A stretch of 64,000 nucleotides of DNA from Eledone cirrhosa. Its lineage: Eukaryota. Below are positions 1 through 15,000 of this stretch, piece after piece. Under the pieces are notes generated by a model. It ran no database searches, was not told the DNA's origin, and saw only the letters and a list, made by a program, of their open reading frames with translations. Both the position numbers and the translations under genes were made by a program. Location: positions 373,860,001-373,924,000 of the forward strand of contig OZ024742.1 of the NCBI GenBank assembly GCA_964016885.1. The letters run 5' to 3'. Every line of letters begins with the position of its first letter. Positions within the stretch are counted from its first letter, which is position 1.

Positions 1-3000
1 CACATATCTCCACTATAGCCAAGAAATCACATGTCCCCACTATAGCCAAGAAATCACATGTCCCCACTATAGCCAAGAAATCACATGTCTCCACTATAGC
101 CAAGAAATCACATGTCCCCATTATAGCCAAGAAATCACATGTCCCCACTATAGCCAAGAAATCACATGTTTCCACTATAGCCAAGAAATCACATGTCTCT
201 ACTGTAGCCAAGAAATCACATGTCTCCACTATAGCCAAGAAATCACATATCTCCACTATAGCCACGAAATCACATGTCCCCACTATAGGCAAGACATCAC
301 ATGTCCCCACTATAGCCAATAAATCACATGTCCCCACTATAGCTAAGAAATCACATGTCTCCACTATAGCCAAGAAATCACATATCCCCACTATATCCAA
401 GAAATCACATATCTCCACTGTAGACAAGAAATCACATGTCCCCACTATAGCCAAGAAATCACATGTCTATACTATAGCCAAGATATCCCATGTCCCCACT
501 ATAGCCAAGAAATCTCATGTCTCCACTATAGCCAAGAAATCACATGTCCCCACTATAGCCAAGAAATCACATGTCCCCACTATAGCCAAGAAATCACATA
601 TCTCCACTATAGCCAAGAAATCACATATCTCCACTATAGCCAAGAAATCACATGTCCCCACTATAGCCAAGAAATCACATGTCCCCACTATAGCCAAGAA
701 ATCACATGTCTCCACTATAGCCAAGAAATCACATGTCCCCATTATAGCCAAGAAATCACATGTCCCCACTATAGCCAAGAAATCACATGTTTCCACTATA
801 GCCAAGAAATCACATGTCTCTACTGTAGCCAAGAAATCACATGTCTCCACTATAGCCAAGAAATCACATGTCTCCACTATAGCCAAGAAATCACATGTCC
901 CCACTATAGCCAAGAAATCACATGTCCCCACTATAGCCAAGAAATCACATGTCCCCACTATAGCCAAGAAATCTCATGTCTCCACTATAGCCAAGAAATC
1001 ACATGTCCACACTATAGCCAAGAAATCACATGTCTCCAGTATAGCCAAGAAATCACATATCCCCACTATAGCCAAGAAATCACATATCTCCACTATAGCC
1101 AAGAAATCACATGTCCCCACTATAGCCAAGAAATCACATGTTCCCACTATAGCCGAGAAATCACATATCTCCACTATAGCCAAGAAATCACATGTGCCCA
1201 CTATAGCCAAGAAATCACATATCTCCACTATAGCCAAGAAATCACATGTTCCCACTATAGCCAATAAATCACATGAGTCCACTATAGCCAAGAAATCACA
1301 TGTCTCCACTATAGCCAAGAAATCACATGTCCCCACTATAGCCAAGAAATCACATGTCCACACTATAGCCAAGAAATCACATGTCTCCACTATAGCCAAG
1401 AAATCACATATCTCCACTATAGCCAAGAAATCACATGTCCCCACTATAGCCAAGAAATCACAGGTCTCCACTATAGCCAAGAAATCACATGTCCTCACTA
1501 TAGCCAAGAAATCACATGTCTCCACTATAGCTAAGAAATCACATATCCCCTGTATAGCCAAGAAATCACATATCTCCACTGTAGCCAAGAAATCACATGT
1601 CCCCACTATAGCCAAGAAATCACATATCTCCACTATAGCCAAGAAATCACATGTCCCCACTATAGCCAAGAAATCACATGTCTCCACTATAGCCAAGAAA
1701 TCACAGGTCTCCACTATAGCCAAGAAATCACATGTCTCCACTATAGCCAAGAAATCACATGTCTCCACTATAGCCAAGAAATCACAGGTCTCCACTATAG
1801 CCAAGAAATCACATGTCTCCACTATAGCCAAGAAATCACATGTGCCCACTATAGCCAAGAAATCACATATCTCCACTGTAGCCAAGAAATCACATGTCCC
1901 CACTATAGCCAAGAAATCACATGTCTCCACTATAGCCAAGAAATCACATGTACCCACTATAGCCAAGAAATCACATATCTCCACTATAGCCAATAAATCA
2001 CATGTCCCCACTATAGCCAAGAAATCACATGGTCCCACTATAGCCAAGAAATCACATGTCCCCACTATATCCAAGAAATCACATATCTCCACTATAGCCA
2101 ATAAATCACATGTCTCCACTATAGCCAAGAAATTACATATCTCCACTATAGCCAAGAAATCACATGTCCCCACTATAGGCAAGACATCACATGTCCCCAC
2201 TATAGCCAATAAATCACCTGTCCCCACTATAGCTAAGAAATCACATGTCTCCACTATAGCCAAGAAATCACATGTCCCCACTATATCCAAGAAATCACAT
2301 ATCTCCACTATAGCCAAGAAATCACATGTCCCCACTATAGCCAAGAAATCACATGTCTATACTATAGCCAAGAAATCCAATGTCCCCACTATAGCCAAGA
2401 AATCTCATGTCTCCACTATAGCCAAGAAATCACATGTCCCCACTATAGCCAAGAAATCACATGTCCCTACTATAGCCAAGAAATCACATGTCCCCACTAT
2501 AGCCAAGAAATCTCATGTCTCCACTATAGCCAAGAAATCACATGTCCCCACTATAGCCAAGAAATCACATATCTCCACTATAGCCAAGAAATCACATGTT
2601 CCCACTATAGCCAATAAATCACATGAGTCCACTATAGCCAAGAAATCACATGTCTCCACTATAGCCAAGAAATCACATGTCCCCACTATAGCCAAGAAAT
2701 CACATGTCCACACTATAGCCAAGAAATCACATGTCTCCACTATAGCCAAGAAATCACATATCTCCACTATAGCCAAGAAATCACATGTCCCCACTATAGC
2801 CAAGAAATCACAGGTCTCCACTATAGCCAAGACCTCACATGTCCCCACTATAGCCAAGAAATCACATGTCTCCACTATAGCCAAGAAATCACATATCCCC
2901 TGTATAGCCAAGAAATCACATATCTCCACTGTAGCCAAGAAATCACATGTCCCCACTATAGCCAAGAAATCACATATCTCCACTATAGCCAAGAAATCAC

Positions 3001-6000
3001 ATGTCCCCACTATAGCCAAGAAATCACATGTCTCCACTATAGCCAAGAAATCACAGGTCTCCAGTATAGCCAAGAAATCACATGTCCCCACTATAGCCAA
3101 GAGATCACATATCTCCACTATAGCCAAGAAATCACATGTCTCCACTATAGCCAAGAAATCACATATCTCCACTATAGCCAAGAAATCACATGTCCCCACT
3201 ATAGCCAAGAAATCTCATGTCTCCACTATAGCCAAGAAATCACATGTCCCCACTATAGCCAAGAAATCACATGTCTCCACTATAGCCAAGAAATCACATA
3301 TCCCCACTATAACCAAGAAATCACATATCTCCACTATAGCCAAGAAATCACATGTCCCCACTATAGCCAAGAAATCACATGTCCCCACTATAGCCGAGAA
3401 ATCACATATCTCGACTATAGCCAAGAAATCACATGTCCCCACTATAGCCAAGAAATCACATGTCTCCACTATAGCCAAGAAATCATATATCTCCACTATA
3501 GCCAATAAATCACATGTCTCCACTATAGCCAAGAAATCACATATCTCCACTATAGCCACGAAATCACATGTCCCCACTATAGGCAAGACATCACATGTCC
3601 CCACTATAGCCAATAAATCACATGTCCCCACTATAGCTAAGAAATCACATGTCTCCACTATAGCCAAGAAATCACATGTCCCCACTATAGCCAAGAAATC
3701 ACATGTCCCCACTATAGGCAAGACATCACATGTCCCCACTATAGCCAATAAATCACATGTCCCCACTATAGCTAAGAAATCACATGTCTCCACTATAGCC
3801 AAGAAATCACATGTCCCCACTATATCCAAGAAATCACATATCTCCACTATAGCCAAGAAATCACATGTCCCCACTATAGCCAAGAAATCACATATCTCCA
3901 CTATAGCCAAGAAATCACATGTTCCCACTATAGCCAATAAATCACATGAGTCCACTATAGCCAAGAAATCACATGTCTCCACTATAGCCAAGAAATCACA
4001 TGTCCCCACTATAGCCAAGAAATCACATGTCCACACTATAGCCAAGAAATCACATGTCTCCACTATAGCCAAGAAATCACATATCTCCACTATAGCCAAG
4101 AAATCACATGTCCCCACTATAGCCAAGAAATCACAGGTCTCCACTATAGCCAAGACCTCACATGTCCCCACTATAGCCAAGAAATCACATGTCTCCACTA
4201 TAGCCAAGAAATCACATATCCCCTGTATAGCCAAGAAATCACATATCTCCACTGTAGCCAAGAAATCACATGTCCCCACTATAGCCAAGAAATCACATAT
4301 CTCCACTATAGCCAAGAAATCACATGTCCCCACTATAGCCAAGAAATCACATGTCTCCACTATAGCCAAGAAATCACAGGTCTCCAGTATAGCCAAGAAA
4401 TCACATGTCCCCACTATAGCCAAGAGATCACATATCTCCACTATAGCCAAGAAATCACATGTCTCCACTATAGCCAAGAAATCACATATCTCCACTATAG
4501 CCAAGAAATCACATGTCCCCACTATAGCCAAGAAATCTCATGTCTCCACTATAGCCAAGAAATCACATGTCCCCACTATAGCCAAGAAATCACATGTCTC
4601 CACTATAGCCAAGAAATCACATATCCCCACTATAACCAAGAAATCACATATCTCCACTATAGCCAAGAAATCACATGTCCCCACTATAGCCAAGAAATCA
4701 CATGTCCCCACTATAGCCGAGAAATCACATATCTCGACTATAGCCAAGAAATCACATGTCCCCACTATAGCCAAGAAATCACATGTCTCCACTATAGCCA
4801 AGAAATCACATATCTCCACTATAGCCAATAAATCACATGTCTCCACCATAGCCAAGAAATCACATATCTCCACTATAGCCACGAAATCACATGTCCCCAC
4901 TATAGGCAAGACATCACATGTCCCCACTATAGCCAATAAATCACATGTCCCCACTATAGCTAAGAAATCACATGTCTCCACTATAGCCAAGAAATCACAT
5001 GTCCCCACTATAGCCAAGAAATCACATGTCCCCACTATAGGCAAGACATCACATGTCCCCACTATAGCCAATAAATCACATGTCCCCACTATAGCTAAGA
5101 AATCACATGTCTCCACTATAGCCAAGAAATCACATGTCCCCACTATATCCAAGAAATCACATATCTCCACTATAGCCAAGAAATCACATGTCCCCACTAT
5201 AGCCAAGAAATCACATGTCTATACTATAGCCAAGAAATCCAATGTCCCCACTATAGCCAAGAAATCTCATGTCTCCACTATAGCCAAGAAATCACATGTC
5301 CCCACTATAGCCAAGAAATCACATGTCCCTACTATAGCCAAGAAATCACATGTCCCCACTATAGCCAAGAAATCTCATGTCTCCACTATAGCCAAGAAAT
5401 CACATGTCCCCACTATAGCCAAGAAATCACATGTCTCCACTATAGCCAAGAAATCACATATCCCCACTATAGCCAAGAAATCACATATCTCCACTATAGC
5501 CAAGAAATCACATGTCCCCACTATAGCCAAGAAATCACATGTCCCCACTATAGCCGAGAAATCACATATCTCCACTATAGCCAAGAAATCACATGTGCCC
5601 ACTATAGCCAAGAAATCACATATCTCCACTATAGCCAAGAAATCACATGTTCCCACTATAGCCAATAAATCACATGAGTCCACTATAGCCAAGAAATCAC
5701 ATGTCTCCACTATAGCCAAGAAATCACATGTCCCCACTATAGCCAAGAAATCACATGTCCACACTATAGCCAAGAAATCACATGTCTCCACTATAGCCAA
5801 GAAATCACATATCTCCACTATAGCCAAGAAATCACATGTCCCCACTATAGCCAAGAAATCACAGGTCTCCACTATAGCCAAGACCTCACATGTCCCCACT
5901 ATAGCCAAGAAATCACATGTCTCCACTATAGCCAAGAAATCACATATCCCCTGTATAGCCAAGAAATCACATATCTCCACTGTAGCCAAGAAATCACATG

Positions 6001-9000
6001 TCCCCACTATAGCCAAGAAATCACATATCTCCACTATAGCCAAGAAATCACATGTCCCCACTATAGCCAAGAAATCACATGTCTCCACTATAGCCAAGAA
6101 ATCACAGGTCTCCAGTATAGCCAAGAAATCACATGTCCCCACTATAGCCAAGAGATCACATATCTCCACTATAGCCAAGAAATCACATGTCTCAACTATA
6201 GCCAAGAAATCACATATCTCCACTATAGCCAAGAAATCACATGTCCCCACTATAGCCAAGAAATCTCATGTCTCCACTATAGCCAAGAAATCACATGTCC
6301 CCACTATAGCCAAGAAATCACATGTCTCCACTATAGCCAAGAAATCACATATCCCCACTATAGCCAAGAAATCACATATCTCCACTATAGCCAAGAAATC
6401 ACATGTCCCCACTATAGCCAAGAAATCACATGTCCCCACTATAGCCGAGAAATCACATATCTCGACTATAGCCAAGAAATCACATGTCCCCACTATAGCC
6501 AAGAAATCACATGTCTCCACTATAGCCAAGAAATCACATATCTCCACTATAGCCAATAAATCATATGTCTCCACTATAGCCAAGAAATCACATATCTCGA
6601 CTATAGCCACGAAATCACATGTCCCCACTATAGGCAAGACATCACATGTCCCCACTATAGCCAATAAATCACATGTCCCCACTATAGCTAAGAAATCACA
6701 TGTCTCCACTATAGCCAAGAAATCACATGTCCCCACTATATCCAAGAAATCACATATCTCCACTGTAGACAAGAAATCACATGTCCCCACTATAGACAAG
6801 AAATCACATGTCTATACTATAGCCAAGAAATCCCATGTCCCCACTATAGCCAAGAAATCTCATGTCTCCACTATAGCCAAGAAATCACATGTCCCCACTA
6901 TAGCCAAGAAATCACATGTCCCCACTATAGCCAAGAAATCACATATCTCCACTATAGCCAAGAAATCACATATCTCCACTATAGCCAAGAAATCACATGT
7001 CCCCACTATAGCCAAGAAATCACATGTCCCCACTATAGCCAAGAAATCACATGTCTCCACTATAGCCAAGAAATCACATGTCCCCATTATAGCCAAGAAA
7101 TCACATGTCCCCACTATAGCCAAGAAATCACATGTTTCCACTATAGCCAAGAAATCACATGTCTCTACTGTAGCCAAGAAATCACATGTCTCCACTATAG
7201 CCAAGAAATCACATGTCTCCACTATAGCCAAGAAATCACATGTCCCCACTATAGCCAAGAAATCACATGTCCCCACTATAGCCAAGAAATCACATGTCCC
7301 CACTATAGCCAAGAAATCTCATGTCTCCACTATAGCCAAGAAATCACATGTCCACACTATAGCCAAGAAATCACATGTCTCCAGTATAGCCAAGAAATCA
7401 CATATCCCCACTATAGCCAAGAAATCACATATCTCCACTATAGCCAAGAAATCACATGTCCCCACTATAGCCAAGAAATCACATGTCCCCACTATAGCCG
7501 AGAAATCACATATCTCCACTATAGCCAAGAAATCACATGTGCCCACTATAGCCAAGAAATCACATATCTCCACTATAGCCAAGAAATCACATGTTCCCAC
7601 TATAGCCAATAAATCACATGAGTCCACTATAGCCAAGAAATCACATGTCTCCACTATAGCCAAGAAATCACATGTCCCCACTATAGCCAAGAAATCACAT
7701 GTCCACACTATAGCCAAGAAATCACATGTCTCCACTATAGCCAAGAAATCACATATCTCCACTATAGCCAAGAAATCACATGTCCCCACTATAGCCAAGA
7801 AATCACAGGTCTCCACTATAGCCAAGACCTCACATGTCCCCACTATAGCCAAGAAATCACATGTCTCCACTATAGCCAAGAAATCACATATCCCCTGTAT
7901 AGCCAAGAAATCACATATCTCCACTGTAGCCAAGAAATCACATGTCCCCACTATAGCCAAGAAATCACATATCTCCACTATAGCCAAGAAATCACATGTC
8001 CCCACTATAGCCAAGAAATCACATGTCTCCACTATAGCCAAGAAATCACAGGTCTCCAGTATAGCCAAGAAATCACATGTCCCCACTATAGCCAAGAGAT
8101 CACATATCTCCACTATAGCCAAGAAATCACATGTCTCCACTATAGCCAAGAAATCACATATCTCCACTATAGCCAAGAAATCACATGTCCCCACTATAGC
8201 CAAGAAATCTCATGTCTCCACTATAGCCAAGAAATCACATGTCTCCACTATAGCCAAGAAATCACATGTCTCCACTATAGCCAAGAAATCACATATCCCC
8301 ACTATAACCAAGAAATCACATATCTCCACTATAGCCAAGAAATCACATGTCCCCACTATAGCCAAGAAATCACATGTCCCCACTATAGCCGAGAAATCAC
8401 ATATCTCGACTATAGCCAAGAAATCACATGTCCCCACTATAGCCAAGAAATCACATGTCTCCACTATAGCCAAGAAATCACATATCTCCACTATAGCCAA
8501 TAAATCACATGTCTCCACTATAGCCAAGAAATCACATATCTCCACTATAGCCACGAAATCACATGTCCCCACTATAGGCAAGACATCACATGTCCCCACT
8601 ATAGCCAATAAATCACATGTCCCCACTATAGCTAAGAAATCACATGTCTCCACTATAGCCAAGAAATCACATGTCCCCACTATAGCCAAGAAATCACATG
8701 TCCCCACTATAGGCAAGACATCACATGTCCCCACTATAGCCAATAAATCACATGTCCCCACTATAGCTAAGAAATCACATGTCTCCACTATAGCCAAGAA
8801 ATCACATGTCCCCACTATATCCAAGAAATCACATATCTCCACTATAGCCAAGAAATCACATGTCCCCACTATAGCCAAGAAATCACATGTCTATACTATA
8901 GCCAAGAAATCCAATGTCCCCACTATAGCCAAGAAATCTCATGTCTCCACTATAGCCAAGAAATCACATGTCCCCACTATAGCCAAGAAATCACATGTCC

Positions 9001-12000
9001 CTACTATAGCCAAGAAATCACATCTCCCCACTATAGCCAAGAAATCTCATGTCTCCACTATAGCCAAGAAATCACATGTCCCCACTATAGCCAAGAAATC
9101 ACATGTCTCCACTATAGCCAAGAAATCACATATCCCCACTATAACCAAGAAATCACATATCTCCACTATAGCCAAGAAATCACATGTCCCCACTATAGCC
9201 AAGAAATCACATGTCCCCACTATAGCCGAGAAATCACATATCTCGACTATAGCCAAGAAATCACATGTCCCCACTATAGCCAAGAAATCACATGTCTCCA
9301 CTATAGCCAAGAAATCACATATCTCCACTATAGCCAATAAATCACATGTCTCCACCATAGCCAAGAAATCACATATCTCCACTATAGCCACGAAATCACA
9401 TGTCCCCACTATAGGCAAGACATCACATGTCCCCACTATAGCCAATAAATCACATGTCCCCACTATAGCTAAGAAATCACATGTCTCCACTATAGCCAAG
9501 AAATCACATGTCCCCACTATAGCCAAGAAATCACATGTCCCCACTATAGGCAAGACATCACATGTCCCCACTATAGCCAATAAATCACATGTCCCCACTA
9601 TAGCTAAGAAATCACATGTCTCCACTATAGCCAAGAAATCACATGTCCCCACTATATCCAAGAAATCACATATCTCCACTATAGCCAAGAAATCACATGT
9701 CCCCACTATAGCCAAGAAATCACATGTCTATACTATAGCCAAGAAATCCAATGTCCCCACTATAGCCAAGAAATCTCATGTCTCCACTATAGCCAAGAAA
9801 TCACATGTCCCCACTATAGCCAAGAAATCACATGTCCCTACTATAGCCAAGAAATCACATGTCCCCACTATAGCCAAGAAATCTCATGTCTCCACTATAG
9901 CCAAGAAATCACATGTCCCCACTATAGCCAAGAAATCACATGTCTCCACTATAGCCAAGAAATCACATATCCCCACTATAGCCAAGAAATCACATATCTC
10001 CACTATAGCCAAGAAATCACATGTCCCCACTATAGCCAAGAAATCACATGTCCCCACTATAGCCGAGAAATCACATATCTCCACTATAGCCAAGAAATCA
10101 CATGTGCCCACTATAGCCAAGAAATCACATATCTCCACTATAGCCAAGAAATCACATGTTCCCACTATAGCCAATAAATCACATGAGTCCACTATAGCCA
10201 AGAAATCACATGTCTCCACTATAGCCAAGAAATCACATGTCCCCACTATAGCCAAGAAATCACATGTCCACACTATAGCCAAGAAATCACATGTCTCCAC
10301 TATAGCCAAGAAATCACATATCTCCACTATAGCCAAGAAATCACATGTCCCCACTATAGCCAAGAAATCACAGGTCTCCACTATAGCCAAGACCTCACAT
10401 GTCCCCACTATAGCCAAGAAATCACATGTCTCCACTATAGCCAAGAAATCACATATCCCCTGTATAGCCAAGAAATCACATATCTCCACTGTAGCCAAGA
10501 AATCACATGTCCCCACTATAGCCAAGAAATCACATATCTCCACTATAGCCAAGAAATCACATGTCCCCACTATAGCCAAGAAATCACATGTCTCCACTAT
10601 AGCCAAGAAATCACAGGTCTCCAGTATAGCCAAGAAATCACATGTCCCCACTATAGCCAAGAGATCACATATCTCCACTATAGCCAAGAAATCACATGTC
10701 TCAACTATAGCCAAGAAATCACATATCTCCACTATAGCCAAGAAATCACATGTCCCCACTATAGCCAAGAAATCTCATGTCTCCACTATAGCCAAGAAAT
10801 CACATGTCCCCACTATAGCCAAGAAATCACATGTCTCCACTATAGCCAAGAAATCACATATCCCCACTATAGCCAAGAAATCACATATCTCCACTATAGC
10901 CAAGAAATCACATGTCCCCACTATAGCCAAGAAATCACATGTCCCCACTATAGCCGAGAAATCACATATCTCGACTATAGCCAAGAAATCACATGTCCCC
11001 ACTATAGCCAAGAAATCACATGTCTCCACTATAGCCAAGAAATCACATATCTCCACTATAGCCAATAAATCATATGTCTCCACTATAGCCAAGAAATCAC
11101 ATATCTCGACTATAGCCACGAAATCACATGTCCCCACTATAGGCAAGACATCACATGTCCCCACTATAGCCAATAAATCACATGTCCCCACTATAGCTAA
11201 GAAATCACATGTCTCCACTATAGCCAAGAAATCACATGTCCCCACTATATCCAAGAAATCACATATCTCCACTGTAGACAAGAAATCACATGTCCCCACT
11301 ATAGACAAGAAATCACATGTCTATACTATAGCCAAGAAATCCCATGTCCCCACTATAGCCAAGAAATCTCATGTCTCCACTATAGCCAAGAAATCACATG
11401 TCCCCACTATAGCCAAGAAATCACATGTCCCCACTATAGCCAAGAAATCACATATCTCCACTATAGCCAAGAAATCACATATCTCCACTATAGCCAAGAA
11501 ATCACATGTCCCCACTATAGCCAAGAAATCACATGTCCCCACTATAGCCAAGAAATCACATGTCTCCACTATAGCCAAGAAATCACATGTCCCCATTATA
11601 GCCAAGAAATCACATGTCCCCACTATAGCCAAGAAATCACATGTTTCCACTATAGCCAAGAAATCACATGTCTCTACTGTAGCCAAGAAATCACATGTCT
11701 CCACTATAGCCAAGAAATCACATGTCTCCACTATAGCCAAGAAATCACATGTCCCCACTATAGCCAAGAAATCACATGTCCCCACTATAGCCAAGAAATC
11801 ACATGTCCCCACTATAGCCAAGAAATCTCATGTCTCCACTATAGCCAAGAAATCACATGTCCACACTATAGCCAAGAAATCACATGTCTCCAGTATAGCC
11901 AAGAAATCACATATCCCCACTATAGCCAAGAAATCACATATCTCCACTATAGCCAAGAAATCACATGTCCCCACTATAGCCAAGAAATCACATGTCCCCA

Positions 12001-15000
12001 CTATAGCCGAGAAATCACATATCTCCACTATAGCCAAGAAATCACATGTGCCCACTATAGCCAAGAAATCACATATCTCCACTATAGCCAAGAAATCACA
12101 TGTTCCCACTATAGCCAATAAATCACATGAGTCCACTATAGCCAAGAAATCACATGTCTCCACTATAGCCAAGAAATCACATGTCCCCACTATAGCCAAG
12201 AAATCACATGTCCACACTATAGCCAAGAAATCACATGTCTCCACTATAGCCAAGAAATCACATATCTCCACTATAGCCAAGAAATCACATGTCCCCACTA
12301 TAGCCAAGAAATCACAGGTCTCCACTATAGCCAAGACCTCACATGTCCCCACTATAGCCAAGAAATCACATGTCTCCACTATAGCCAAGAAATCACATAT
12401 CCCCTGTATAGCCAAGAAATCACATATCTCCACTGTAGCCAAGAAATCACATGTCCCCACTATAGCCAAGAAATCACATATCTCCACTATAGCCAAGAAA
12501 TCACATGTCCCCACTATAGCCAAGAAATCACATGTCTCCACTATAGCCAAGAAATCACAGGTCTCCAGTATAGCCAAGAAATCACATGTCCCCACTATAG
12601 CCAAGAGATCACATATCTCCACTATAGCCAAGAAATCACATGTCTCCACTATAGCCAAGAAATCACATATCTCCACTATAGCCAAGAAATCACATGTCCC
12701 CACTATAGCCAAGAAATCTCATGTCTCCACTATAGCCAAGAAATCACATGTCTCCACTATAGCCAAGAAATCACATGTCTCCACTATAGCCAAGAAATCA
12801 CATATCCCCACTATAACCAAGAAATCACATATCTCCACTATAGCCAAGAAATCACATGTCCCCACTATAGCCAAGAAATCACATGTCCCCACTATAGCCG
12901 AGAAATCACATATCTCGACTATAGCCAAGAAATCACATGTCCCCACTATAGCCAAGAAATCACATGTCTCCACTATAGCCAAGAAATCACATATCTCCAC
13001 TATAGCCAATAAATCACATGTCTCCACTATAGCCAAGAAATCACATATCTCCACTATAGCCACGAAATCACATGTCCCCACTATAGGCAAGACATCACAT
13101 GTCCCCACTATAGCCAATAAATCACATGTCCCCACTATAGCTAAGAAATCACATGTCTCCACTATAGCCAAGAAATCACATGTCCCCACTATAGCCAAGA
13201 AATCACATGTCCCCACTATAGGCAAGACATCACATGTCCCCACTATAGCCAATAAATCACATGTCCCCACTATAGCTAAGAAATCACATGTCTCCACTAT
13301 AGCCAAGAAATCACATGTCCCCACTATATCCAAGAAATCACATATCTCCACTATAGCCAAGAAATCACATGTCCCCACTATAGCCAAGAAATCACATGTC
13401 TATACTATAGCCAAGAAATCCAATGTCCCCACTATAGCCAAGAAATCTCATGTCTCCACTATAGCCAAGAAATCACATGTCCCCACTATAGCCAAGAAAT
13501 CACATGTCCCTACTATAGCCAAGAAATCACATCTCCCCACTATAGCCAAGAAATCTCATGTCTCCACTATAGCCAAGAAATCACATGTCCCCACTATAGC
13601 CAAGAAATCACATGTCTCCACTATAGCCAAGAAATCACATATCCCCACTATAGCCAAGAAATCACATATCTCCACTATAGCCAAGAAATCACATGTCCCC
13701 ACTATAGCCAAGAAATCACATGTCCCCACTATAGCCGAGAAATCACATATCTCCACTATAGCCAAGAAATCACATGTCCCCACTATAGCCAAGAAATCAC
13801 ATGTCTCCACTATAGCCAAGAAATCACAGGTCTCCAGTATAGCCAAGAAATCACATGTCCCCACTATAGCCAAGAGATCACATATCTCCACTATAGCCAA
13901 GAAATCACATGTCTCAACTATAGCCAAGAAATCACATATCTCCACTATAGCCAAGAAATCACATGTCCCCACTATAGCCAAGAAATCTCATGTCTCCACT
14001 ATAGCCAAGAAATCACATGTCCCAACTATAGCCAAGAAATCACATGTCTCCACTATAGCCAAGAAATCACATATCCCCACTATAGCCAAGAAATCACATA
14101 TCTCCACTATAGCCAAGAAATCACATGTCCCCACTATAGCCAAGAAATCACATGTCCCCACTATAGCCGAGAAATCACATATCTCGACTATAGCCAAGAA
14201 ATCACATGTCCCCACTATAGCCAAGAAATCACATGTCTCCACTATAGCCAAGAAATCACATATCTCCACTATAGCCAATAAATCATATGTCTCCACTATA
14301 GCCAAGAAATCACATATCTCGACTATAGCCACGAAATCACATGTCCCCACTATAGGCAAGACATCACATGTCCCCACTATAGCCAATAAATCACATGTCC
14401 CCACTATAGCTAAGAAATCACATGTCTCCACTATAGCCAAGAAATCACATGTCCCCACTATATCCAAGAAATCACATATCTCCACTGTAGACAAGAAATC
14501 ACATGTCCCCACTATAGCCAAGAAATCACATGTCTATACTATAGCCAAGAAATCCCATGTCCCCACTATAGCCAAGAAATCTCATGTCTCCACTATAGCC
14601 AAGAAATCACATGTCCCCACTATAGCCAAGAAATCACATGTCCCCACTATAGCCAAGAAATCACATATCTCCACTATAGCCAAGAAATCACATATCTCCA
14701 CTATAGCCAAGAAATCACATGTCCCCACTATAGCCAAGAAATCACATGTCCCCACTATAGCCAAGAAATCACATGTCTCCACTATAGCCAAGAAATCACA
14801 TGTCCCCATTATAGCCAAGAAATCACATGTCCCCACTATAGCCAAGAAATCACATGTTTCCACTATAGCCAAGAAATCACATGTCTCTACTGTAGCCAAG
14901 AAATCACATGTCTCCACTATAGCCAAGAAATCACATGTCTCCACTATAGCCAAGAAATCACATGTCCCCACTATAGCCAAGAAATCACATGTCCCCACTA